This document shows positions 9,807 to 19,999 of a stretch of DNA of 20,000 nucleotides, piece by piece. The DNA is from Pseudogymnoascus verrucosus. Taxonomy: Eukaryota. Each line of letters begins with the position of its first letter. Position 1 is the first letter of the stretch. A program made the position numbers and the translations under genes. Location of the stretch: the NCBI GenBank assembly GCA_001662655.1, contig KV460213.1; one strand, 5' to 3'. Under the pieces are notes generated by a model. The model did no database searches. It had not been told where the DNA came from and saw nothing but the letters and a program-made list of their open reading frames with translations.

Positions 9807-10800
9807 TCAGGCAGCTGTGAACTCCCAATCCTCCTCAAATCGGCTATACTGGATTTCTGGATTCCCCTTGAAGATATCATCAAATTGTACCATAGCCGTC
9901 TCAGGATCCTCAGCCTGTTTGAAATAATCTTTGCTTAGCAACTTCAGAGTCGGGTCGCTCCACATTTTCTTCACCCATAGAAGTGCTTCGGGCGAAGCAG
10001 TTGTCAATGGAAGATTGTAAGTTCGGAAGCGCTGTCAACAGCAGTTAGCCAGGGCGTTCTATTCCAAGTGGCGTTATGATTTAACGGGCCGAAATAGAGC
10101 CAAAATAAATGTGTACGCACCCATAGAAGAGGCCAGTAGAATGCATCCGCAATTCCAAACTTCCCAAACAAGTATCCCTCGTCTTCTTCCCCAAGCTCCT
10201 TCAATCTCTGAGCAGTCTTGGTCCTAGCCTCATGCCACAGAGAGAAGGCCCTCTCAACCTCTTTCCTCGCTTTCTCAGTAACGGGAACATTGCCTGTATA
10301 TTTAGCAACAAAGTTGCCTGGACAGGTATTTCGCAGCTCCGAAAATCCCGAATGCATCTCTGCAGCCGCACTCCTTGCGAGCGCTCGAAGCATAGGATCT
10401 TTAGGCCACAGTGGGAGCTCGGGGTGTGACTCAGCGAGGAATTCACAGATAGCCAGTGAATCGCAGATTTGGATGTCTAGTTTTGGCGACAGTGGAATCA
10501 GAACCGGAACCAAGCCGGTATTGGACTTTTTCTTCGCCTGGAGATTTCTATTAGGGCAGGTAATGGAACCAAGAAGTAATGGCGCCCTACATCGCACACT
10601 TTGATAGTTGAGGATGTATAAGGAAGCTGGAAGTGCTCCATCACAATGGCCGGGCGGGCACACCAGCCTATATTCCGTTAACTTTCCATCCTTTTTTGTG
10701 TAGAAAAACTAGACATACCAGAATATCGACTTGGTATCCCGATCAGGTGATATTTAGCGTCTCCATTTAGGTCGAACGTAATGGGTTTATTCCCCTCCAT
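9807..10800 (-). CDS. Glutathione S-transferase family protein, about 266 aa; exons 10800-10719, 10667-10591, 10537-10121, 10031-9807
   Basis: Three GT-AG introns (51, 53 and 89 nt) give a continuous frame; the intron 2 donor could alternatively lie 9 nt upstream in the same phase. Motifs YSGWCARP (cf. YSSWSLRP), GLVPVL (cis-Pro), DSLAICEFLAE, LWPKD, RALARSAAAEMHSGFSELR, YLFGKFGIADAFYWP and RFRTY. Confidence 0.88.
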
Positions 10801-10992
10801 CGCTGCGATCGAGAATGGTGATTAAATTTGCTCCTAGATGCGTTAGGTCAAAAAGCAATTGTGAGATAATCACACGATCAATTTGTCTCTTATGTGGTAG
10901 CTTGGACGACGAAGCAGGAATAAATACGCAGGACGTGTTCATCCATGGCCTTCCCCACCCTTCCGCTACACGTGCGCTTTTCTTCGTGTGAC

Positions 10993-10999
10993 TGACTCA
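10993..10999. promoter_or_regulatory. AP-1/Gcn4-type TGACTCA element about 190 bp upstream of the GST start
   Basis: Exact TGACTCA match. Plausible for a stress/detoxification gene, but a single 7-mer is weak evidence. Confidence 0.25.
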
Positions 11000-11576
11000 T
11001 GCTAGTAAGTACGATTAGATACGGTTTGGAGATGAAATGGGCACGAGTGCGGCATAAAGATTAGAGCTTCAGCCGCGTTTTGCCGAGTTTAGGTTGGTTG
11101 AAATAATAGTCGTAATTCTCTCGAGACACAACATATTTGAAGAATAATTCTTCTGAAGGCGTAAGGAAAATATTACATGGTCATCGTTGTCTGTAATTTT
11201 ACTCACAATGTACACTACCCATCTAAAGGGAGTGGAATTACGGCGAGTAAAATTACTCTCAAACTCCTCGTCTCGGTGAGGTAGAGAAGTTTGCCTCGGA
11301 GCTACCAGCAGACTTGATGCAGACTGTGGAGGAGGTGCCGGAACCAGATGTCGGCGAAAGAGGTTGTGAGGTTATGGTGTCCTCCCAGTAAATTCAGTGT
11401 CCACTGATCAGTAGCGGGTGTCCTAAACCACATATTCTATTTCTGGTTTTCCAACACAGCAATCGTAATGCCTCAGTGGCGGCAGATTTTGCGAAGTCGC
11501 GAAAACTCAGAAGTGTGAGGGTAAATAGGGACCCGCTATCATTTATCATAATACGCGACAGACTAACAACTAGAAA

Positions 11577-11647
11577 GCATCAGTGGTTTAGTGGTAAAAT
11601 CCATCGTTGCCATCGATGGGCCCCGTGTTCGATTCACGGCTGATGCA
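11577..11647 (+). tRNA. tRNA-Gly (anticodon GCC), intronless, 71 nt
   Basis: Acceptor stem GCATCAG/CTGATGC plus discriminator A. D-arm TGGTTTAGTGGTAAAATC. Anticodon arm CATCG-TTGCCAT-CGATG with GCC at 11609-11611. T-arm CCGTG-TTCGATT-CACGG. Confidence 0.97.
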
Positions 11648-11697
11648 TCAATTATTCAATTAATTCAACAACTCCAATACCATGGGTTCGTGAAATA

Positions 11698-11703
11698 TTT
11701 TTT
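11698..11703 (+). terminator. Putative RNA polymerase III terminator (T6) for tRNA-Gly
   Basis: First run of 4 or more T residues downstream of the tRNA, about 50 nt after its 3' end. Confidence 0.55.
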
Positions 11704-12196
11704 GCTTATTTCTCCTATTTTGCTGCATAATGTGAGCGGCCAACCCACCCAAGCTACACATTTTTAGTTGCGAGGAGCGAAAAGCTTCTTTTCTATTTTG
11801 CATACATATCTTATCAGATTCAGCACGTGATGTGGGGTGATTTATGGGTACATGATTGTTTCGACATCGTGAGACCTGAAAGCTCCCTTGTGTCTCTTCA
11901 CTTTAATTAATACTCTTGTCTTTCTTGCCTACGTGGCCATGAGAAGCTATATCTTGAAATCTAGTTCTTATGATCAAGCATGACATCGTGACAAAGACAG
12001 ATTCCATCCCTTCTGATCTGCCTGTATTAATCAGGACACGTCGCTCGCTACTTTATACGACCATTTCAGGCAATTAGCTCCACAGTTCCTGGCGCCTGGT
12101 CCGCTTACACTTCACGACCAAGACATTTTGGCGAATCGCAACGACGGCCTCCATATTTCCCAATCGAGGCCAATTCTTTCTGACATAACCACATGG

Positions 12197-14278
12197 ATGC
12201 CTACTCCACAGGGCGACACATTCTCTCATCTTTCTTTACACACGCTTTCGGATTCTAATAATATTTCACTTCTACCCTTGCACAACAACCAGCCTGTGTC
12301 ACTGCACGGCCACGACGACGTCGAGCTAGACAGCCTCGACCAAACCAACCCACGAGCCAACAATAGACCCTCACGATCCAACCGACGATACGAAGGAATA
12401 CACGAGAGGGGCGAAGAAGGCACACAGCACCTGCTACACGAGGATTTAAGCTCCGATAACGCCGACTACGACTCGGACGAGCCCATGGGCGCCCGAAGCC
12501 GCCGCGCGAACAAGGAGCCCGCCTCCGCGCTCTCGGCCTCCACGTCAGCCGCTAACGGCGACGCCGACATGAACGGAAACGTCGAGCTACGGCGCAAGAA
12601 TGCGTCGCTGGACTCACCGTCTGTGACGGCGAGCCTCATGGCGCGGGAATCGTTTAGCCTCGACCAGCACGTCCCCTGCACGCCAGCGCCGTCGAATAAT
12701 GGCTTCTTTGAGCTGCCGATGCAGGACCGGAGGAACTTTGTGCTGTTGGTGCTCTTATACTTTTTGCAGGGTGTGCCGATGGGATTGGCGACGGGGTCGG
12801 TGCCGTTTTTGTTGAAGGCGCATTTGTCGTATGGCCAGATCGGGATTTTTAGCTTGGCGTCGTATCCTTACTCGCTGAAGCTGCTGTGGAGTCCTATTGT
12901 TGATGCGTGTTGGACGCCACGCCTCGGGAGGCGGAAGTCGTGGATTCTTCCAATTCAGATGCTCTCTGGTTTCGGGATGATCTGGCTAGGTGCGAATGTC
13001 AAGGCAATGATGGTCACAGCAGGGCAGGAAGGCGGTGGTGGCGTTTGGGATTTCACCGGCTGGTGGTTCTTCCTTGTCTTCATGTGTGCTACACAGGATA
13101 TTGCTGTTGATGGCTGGGCACTCACGCTCCTGTCGCCGCAAAACCTGAGCTATGCATCCACTGCGCAAACCGTAGGATTGACAGCGGGACAGTTCATGTC
13201 GTACACCGTCTTCCTGGCCTTCAACTCGCCCGACTTCGCGAACAAATGGTTCCGCGCCTCCCCATCCCCGGAAGGTGTGATGACACTGGGTGGCTACCTA
13301 ACATTCTGGGGCTGGGCGTACTTGATCGTGACCATGGGCCTCGCAGTTCTTAAGAAAGAAGAGAGGACGAAGAATGAAGACGGCATCTGGGATGTGTATA
13401 AGGTTATGTGGAAAGTTCTGAAGCTCAAGAACATCCAGACCATCATCATTATCCACCTGATCGCCAAGATTGGCTTCCAGGCTAATGACGCCGTCACGAA
13501 TCTCAAGCTTCTAGACAAAGGCTTCAGCCAGGAAGATCTCGCCCTGACCGTCCTCATCGACTTCCCCTTCGAGATCGCCCTCGGCTACTATGCCGGAAAA
13601 TGGAGCACAAAATACACGCCCATGCGGCTGTGGAGCTGGGCCTTCGTCGCACGCCTTGGCGCTGCCGTGATCGCCCAGTTGACTGTCATGATATTCCCAG
13701 CAAATGGCGTCGACACGTCGTACCTGCTTGTCGTGATCGCGTCGCACATTTTTAGTACCTTCACAAATACCGTCATGTTCGTGGCGATTAGCGCCTTCCA
13801 TGCGCGCATCGCGGATCCGGTCATCGGAGGGACGTACATGACGCTCCTTGCTACGTAAGTCCGCTGCATATCTCCGGCACCCCCTACTCCCACGTTGTAT
13901 AATCAGCGAGCTAACATATCCAGGGTCTCGAACTTGGGTGGTACCTTCCCGCGTTTCTTCATCCTCAAGCTCGTCGACCAGTTCACTCAGGCGACTTGCG
14001 TGCCACCTGTGCCCGGCTCAACGGCCTTATCAGCGGCCCTCAAGTCGCCGCTCGTGACTGAGGCGTTCAGCTGCGCATTGGAAGTAGATAAGCACCGCTG
14101 TATTGACGGCGGTGGCGTGTGTAATATTACGCGTGATGGATACTACATCACAAACGTTGTCTGTGTTATTATAGGAGTGCTCACATTCTGGGGCTATATT
14201 AGGGAGAGGGCGTTGCAGCTGCAGGCGTTGCCTTTGAGGGCGTGGAGAACGGGGGGCCCGACGGGGCAGAGGGACTAG
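12197..14278 (+). CDS. Acetyl-CoA transporter 1 (AT-1/SLC33A1, Acatn family MFS); exons 12197-13854, 13924-14278; about 670 aa (alternative start ATG 12485)
   Basis: Motifs LLVLLYFLQGVPMGL, FSLASYPYSLKLLWSPIVD, GRRKSW, CATQDIAVDGWALTLL, ASTAQTVG and ADPVIGGTYMTLLATVSNLGG (across a 69-nt GTAAGT...CTAAC...CAG intron), plus a C-terminal Cys loop and DGYY. The start codon is uncertain. Confidence 0.93.
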
Positions 14279-15442
14279 TGGATACTGAAGCTCATGTGGA
14301 GAAAGGAATAGTATATTATCTTAGACATAGAGCAGAAAATGTACATCATAATCAACCGTGGGGAGTTTCGCCTCGGAAAGAGGAGTGGGGGCACGTGGGA
14401 TGTCTTTGAGAAATCGGAGAAGTTACACATCGCGGCTGGTCTCGTTACGAATACGTCGACGGGCATTGGGACGTTTTTAGCTGGCCAAGCGATGCCGCGT
14501 GCACTCCATGCAGCAGAGATGCGGAGTAGGAGTTTAAATAGTTCACAATCCTTGTCTAGAGCTTCTTCATTGACAGAGGACGATGTTCTACGTTGGACCA
14601 ACCGAATCACATGATCCGCTCAGGAGAAGTTTAACGCCGACCGCCGACCTAGCTAGGCCGAAATATGCAACTTTGGTTGTAAGGCGCACTCGAGTATCAA
14701 AATGGCATCTTCGCCCATCGCGCCAGTAAGTTGAGATTCCGCAGCGCTCTCCCGCTCTGCTCCTATCACATCACTTCCTTTTGCAATGTCGGGCCCTCTA
14801 TCCTTTGCTACTGCAGTAGCAATCGGCGTTTTTAATCCCGCTGTCGCCGTCCTCACATGCGGCGGTCGCGGTGGTCGGCGTTGTGTGTTATCTTCCTTGG
14901 CTATGGTGTGATCACCACGCGTGTATTGCCATGCGGGACCCGTCGCTTCGCACCGCTCCCTTCTCTATTTGGTCTAGGCGTTCATTGTCGCTATTAATCT
15001 TTTTGATATTCTCGTCCTTGACGTCAGGTAAGTGGGCTTCTGGGGAAAGCTTCGTCGCCGGGAGATGTCCGTCTAGTCCCCTCCCGGTGCTTAGCTGCGC
15101 GCTATAAACTTGACTATGGTGACAGTCTTCAATGGCATCGCGCAATTTATCGCCATAACGCGATTTGAGATAGGCCCGTTACTATAGGCGTGGGGGGATG
15201 TACGACAAGACGCGAAGGAGCTTGTCTTGACGACTCCGAGCGTTGAGGATGCTGGGCATGGCTTCTTTGGGAAAGGACATAAATACCGTCTGTTGCCTCT
15301 CGGGTAGTTGAGTGCTCTGATTGATCTTGTTTCAGTGCCCAGTGTCGAACAGGTCATTCGAACGCTTCCAATTATAAAGCAGGCTTTCATCATTCGCTGG
15401 TCTTTTGCCCATTGACGTATTGTTCACTTCATTTACGCCGAC

Positions 15443-17487
15443 ATGGCAGGCGAGCCGTCCCCTGATCCACCGGCACCTTTGGCCCCGGCCCAAAAACCAT
15501 GGATCGTGAGATTCCTGCGCAGGGCCCGGGGTCAGATTGACCGTCCCCCGCGGGTGAATATTACTCCTATCTCGCGGAAGTACAGTGATCCGGACTACTC
15601 TGTATCAAAGGGAGCGGAGGTGGGAGTTGCTGTATCCGAATCTGGCAGCGACTATAGCAGTACCGCCGTGGGCCTACAAAAGCAGCATCGGGGAGAAGCG
15701 TTCGCAGAAGGTGGCTCAACGAAATTTTACGAGCCGATACCAGAATATGAAGGTCGGCATAGATGGGACCCTACGGCGGAGTGGACCCCGGCGGAGGAGA
15801 AGAAGCTTGTGCGGACTGTAAGTTTTCCACGGCCACAAGAGCATGGAAATGTTTGCTAATGGCGTACCAGCTTGACATTAGGATCTGTTCGTGGGTATGC
15901 CTAATGTTCTTCTCGCTCCAGCTTGACAGAGGAAACATCACCCAAGCGCTGAGCGACAACATGTTGAATGACCTTGGACTCACCACCAACCAATACAACT
16001 ACGGCCAGACAATATTTTATCTTTGCTTCCTCTGCGCTGAGTTGCCGTCGCAGTTGATTAGCAAGAAGCTTGGCCCAGATAACTGGATCCCGATTCAGAT
16101 GATCTGCTGGAGTATCGTGGCAATTTGCCAGTGCAGGATTACTGGACAGTCAACTTTCTACGCTACTCGCGCCCTGCTGGGGTTGATCGAAGGTGGTTTT
16201 ATTCCAGACAGTATCCTCTATCTGAGTTACTTCTACACGAGCAAGGAGCTGCCCATTCGTTTGAGTTTCTTCTGGGGCTCGTACACACTTACGGGTATAA
16301 TCTCGTCCTTCCTCGCCTTTGGAATTCTGCACCTTCGCGGTGTGTTGGGCTTGGAGGGCTGGCGATGGCTCTTTGCCCTCGAGGGTATTGTGACGGCAAT
16401 TATTGGCGTATCGTCCTTCTTTTATCTGCCGCCTTCGCCAACAGAAACCGCGAGTTATTTCCGAGGACAAAACGGGTGGTTTTCTGAGCGAGAGGAGATT
16501 ATTATGGTTAACCGAGTTCTCCGTGATGACCCTGGAAAGGTGCGTACTATAAATACTCGCGGAAAGTCCCAATTTGTCGAATTACATTGGCTAACAAGGC
16601 TTAGGGTGACATGCACAACCGACAGGGCATTTCATTAGGTCTCTTCTGGAAGGCACTCTGTGATTATGACCTGTGGCCTGTGTACCTCATCGGGTTTACG
16701 TGGGGCACTCCATTTCAACCAGTCGCAGCCTATTTGACATTGACACTGAGGAGTCTCGGCTTCGGCACCTTCGAGACCAATCTCCTGGTTATCCCTGGCT
16801 CCGTGCTCACGCTCTTACAGCTCCTCTTCTGGACCTGGTATTCGGAAAAGATCAATAGCAGATTTTTCGTCATACTTATCTCGCAGATTTGGGCGCTCCC
16901 GCTCCTCATCGCACTAGAAGTTATCCCAGGAAATTCGAGTCCCTGGGTTAAATACACCCTCAGCATGCTCATGGTTGGATTTCCGTACACATATGCGATC
17001 ATTGGTATGCTTTCCATAATTATAGTGAGAACTAGCGCTAACTCTATACAGTCGCCTCCGTCAGCCGCAATGCAGGCTCGGTACGAACGAGAACAGTTGG
17101 CACGGCTCTGTATAACATGTTTGTTCAAGCTAGCAGCATCGTTGGTTCAAATGTAGGTCCACTTCTGGCATGTTCTGTCTGTTCCGGAACACCTGCTCAC
17201 CGATATAGATATACCGAGATGACGATAAGCCGAACTACCGCCGTGGTAACAAGATCCTGCTCGGTTTCGTTGCGTGGAATTTCGCACTCATCATCGGGAC
17301 GAAGTACTACTATGTGTGGAGGAACTACACGCGCGAGAAGAAATGGAGTGTGATGACACAAGAGGAGAAGGATATCTATCTTGAGACAACAAAGGATGAA
17401 GGAAACAAGAGGTAATGTCAACTCCTAGGTGGCTGCTTAATACAATTCTAACATAGATACAGACTTGATTTCCGCTTTGCGCATTAG
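15443..17487 (+). CDS. MFS anion:cation symporter (Dal5 allantoate permease family), Soa1/YIL166C- and AstA-like, about 590 aa; exons 15443-15817, 15871-16539, 16605-17004, 17052-17152, 17209-17411, 17463-17487
   Basis: Five GT-AG introns give 591 codons in frame. Motifs WDPTAEWT.EEKKLVR.LD, LQLDRGNI.QA, ELPSQLISKKLGPD.WIP.Q, EGGFIPD, GWRWLFALEG, SRNAGSVRTRTV, IYRDDDKP.YRRGN and terminal RLDFRFAH. Confidence 0.92.
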
Positions 17488-17615
17488 AATACTAGTTGTG
17501 AAGACGAGGACTAAGTATGGATGTGGAGTAGATACTACAACTAAATAGGCATGGCCGGCCATCTGAGAAATACATTCAAAAATTAAGGTTTAAATTTAAA
17601 TATGATATCATATAT

Positions 17616-17836
17616 TGACGTAATGCCCCGCCCAATTTTTTAAAATGGCCGAATTTTATATGTGAGAATATCAAACTAAACTACAAGACTATGTTTAATG
17701 GCAGATAACTTATAAATTAACAATAAATGTAGGTCCAATTCACTTCAAAGTGCCGCGTTCCAGACCCGGATAAATTATTTTGAGGGTAGGTGACTGTCAC
17801 CCTACCACCCCGCATTTTACCCCACCTTATCTCCAG
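17616..17836. promoter_or_regulatory. Promoter elements of the polyol dehydrogenase: four SYGGRG (CreA-type) sites, a CRE-like TGACGTAA and a near-perfect inverted repeat
   Basis: CCCCGC at 17626 and 17808, CCCCAC at 17820, CTCCAG at 17831; TGACGTAA at 17616-17623; GGTAGGTGAC-T-GTCACCCTACC at 17785-17806. Confidence 0.4.
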
Positions 17837-17936
17837 AGACTCGGTTCTATGGCCGCCGACAGGACATATATTAGAGTTATATACACAATCCGAACCCCTT
17901 CACATCTCCTCATACTCTCCAATCCACCTCTACAAT

Positions 17937-19205
17937 ATGGCGACTCCAATTTCCCTAACAGCGTGTGTTCTACACGGGCCCAAAGATATCCGCATAGTTC
18001 GTCTGCCCCTCCCCCGCCTAAACCCCAGCTCACGCTTCCCAGGAAACAGTCCCGGCCGCCACACCCCTGGCACCTAACGAAGTAACCGTCCGCGTTACCT
18101 CCACCGGCCTCTGCGGCTCTGATCTACATTACTACAACCACTACCGCAATGGCGACATCCTGGTGCGCGAGCCATTGATCCTCGGCCACGAATCATGCGG
18201 CTACGTGACAGCCGTCGGCCCCGACGCCACATCCCTACAAGTCGGTGACTTCGTCGCCCTCGAAGTCGGCCTGCCGTGCGGCACCTGCAACTTATGCGCA
18301 GAGGGGCGTTACAACATATGTTCCGACCTCCGCTTCCGCAGCAGCGCGAAGAGCTGGCCCCATTTCCAGGGTACCCTCCAGAGCGAGATCAACCACCCCG
18401 CTGACAAATGCTATAAGTGAGCTCGTCCTAGTCTTACCCGATACTATAATTTGTAACTAATTATCCACCCAGGCTCCCCCCAACCCTTGACCCCCGCCTC
18501 GGCGCCCTCATCGAACCTCTCAGCGTAGCAATGCACACCCACCGCCGCGCCGCGCTCCCCACAAACTCCACAATTCTCATCATCGGTGCGGGAGCAGTTG
18601 GTCTCCTCTGCGCCGCCGTTGCTAAGGCGAATGGCCACCGCGTCATAATCTCCGATATACAACCCCTCCGCATAGATTTCGCAACTAAGAACGCCTTCGC
18701 TGACGCTGGTTTCGTCGTCCCGCTCACGCCCCGTGGAGACGTGGCTGCAAACCTCGCAACGGCAGCGACGATGGCAGGCGAGCTGAGAGAGAAAGCGAAG
18801 GAGTTGGGTGGGGTGGTGGATGCGGTTATGGAGTGTACGGGTGCGGAGGCGAGCTTGCAGACTGCGATTTTGGCGGCTAGACCAGGCGGGAAGGTGATGC
18901 TTGTGGGTATGGGGACGCCAGTGCAGACACTGCCGATTTCGGCCGCGGCGCTGCGGGAGGTGGATTTGTTGGGTGTGTTCCGATATGCTGGGGTGTACAA
19001 GGAGGCGGCGGAGCTAGTTAGTGAGGGAAAGAGTGGGTTGCCAGACTTGACTAAGTTGGTTACACATCAATATACCGGGTTTGGGGGCGTGAAAGATGCG
19101 TTTGCTATGGCGGGGCAGGCGGTGGATAAGGATGGAAAGTTGGTGATTAAGGTTGTTATTGAATTCTCGAAGGAAAGGGGAACAGGGGGGTCAGAGGGGA
19201 TGTGA
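17937..19205 (+). CDS. Zn-dependent (MDR) sorbitol/xylitol dehydrogenase, probably NAD+-specific, about 388 aa; exons 17937-17996, 18043-18416, 18473-19205
   Basis: Catalytic Zn motifs GLCGSDLHYY and LGHES. Structural Zn CGTCNLCAEGRYNIC. ALIEPLSVA, Rossmann GAGAVG with the SDI (Asp) NAD determinant, ECTGA, and ALREVDLLGVFRY. Two introns (46 and 56 nt) restore the frame. Confidence 0.94.
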
Positions 19206-19293
19206 GTGCATGTAAAATCCGGCTGGTTTGGGAAAAAAGATATATACATGGCCATATACATAAACCCTGCAGAACCGGGGTTGAATAAATATA

Positions 19294-19337
19294 ACGTATT
19301 TCACGGGCGAGCGGGTCACACGAGCGAGCGGGTCACC
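19294..19337. repeat. Terminal inverted repeat (one end), ACGTATTTCACGGGCGAGCGGGTCACACGAGCGAGCGGGTCACC
   Basis: Contains tandem 17-bp repeats at 19302-19318 and 19319-19335 (1 mismatch), the same architecture as Vader/Tan1-type TIRs. The partner TIR is outside the window. Confidence 0.8.
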
Positions 19338-19396
19338 AAAACACCAAAATTGACTATTACTGCCTACTACTACACCACCACCCTACATAATGACCC

Positions 19397-19999
19397 TTAT
19401 TCGATCGTAATTGAATCCTCGTGCTTCTCGCACGTACGGGAATTATGGCCCATAATACCACATAAGCCACAGCGCTTCTGTCGGCCCTTAGAGCCTACCT
19501 GCCGACTACTCTCACTTGCCACCTCCGTACGGACTTGAGCATCAACCTCAGCACTATGAAGTATATCCACTCCATCTCGTACAGAGAGACTACCCCCTTG
19601 CATTATACGTCTCTTACGCTTTCTTTCCCTTCTCTTTTTCTGTTCATTTGCTGCCTATAGAGCCTTAACTTCTGCTTTAAGTAGAACAGCAGAATGCATC
19701 ATAACTTGCGCCCCTTTAACAAGGCAGCTAATAGCATCATTAATTGAAGTAGGAGAGCTATTCTGATGTCTTATAACACGCTTCTTAATATGCTCTGTTT
19801 GAAAGTCAAGCTCCCTTATAGTTTGAGGAGTTTTTGAGGTCCAATTGTCGCTCTCAACTATTAGAGGAGTTGGAGTTCTTAAGTGTAGATTTAAGTAAGA
19901 GAGAACATTCTATGGTTCGTACGGAACTAGCCCTATAGCTCGGAATCCGCCCTTAATGTTCTGCTCTGTAAATGTAGCTTTGAATGCTTCTTTGAATGC
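19397..19999 (-). pseudogene. Disrupted pogo/Fot1-type transposase, C-terminal part
   Basis: A single frame reads AFKEAFKATFTEQNIKGGFRAIGLVPYEP*NVLSYLNLHLRTPTP...WTSKTP...RHQNSSPT...KAL*AANEQKKRRERKRKRRIMQGGSLS...RCGLCGIMGHNSRTC (CCHC knuckle). In-frame TAG stops at 19910-19912 and 19655-19657. Confidence 0.9.

Noticed and set aside
11251..11390. Acidic open stretch TPRLGEVEKFASELPADLMQTVEEVPEPDVGERG upstream of the tRNA
   Set aside because: Under 50 codons, bounded by stops, with no recognisable family.
12128..12196. ORF-track start of AT-1 at 12128 (likewise the esterase start at 1053)
   Set aside because: These are TTG codons from prokaryote-style ORF calling; the first ATGs were used instead.
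18461..19000. Long antisense ORFs over real genes (e.g. 179 aa here, 140 aa at 16150-16572, 134 aa at 4895-5299)
   Set aside because: Shadow ORFs caused by codon bias on the coding strand; no independent motifs.
4822..19205. A single metabolic gene cluster made of the three transporters, the GST and the dehydrogenase
   Set aside because: No shared pathway, backbone enzyme or cluster transcription factor; AT-1 is a housekeeping ER transporter.
19302..19335. 17-bp tandem repeat considered as a CRISPR-like or minisatellite element
   Set aside because: Only two abutting copies with no spacer; explained as transposase-binding repeats within the TIR.
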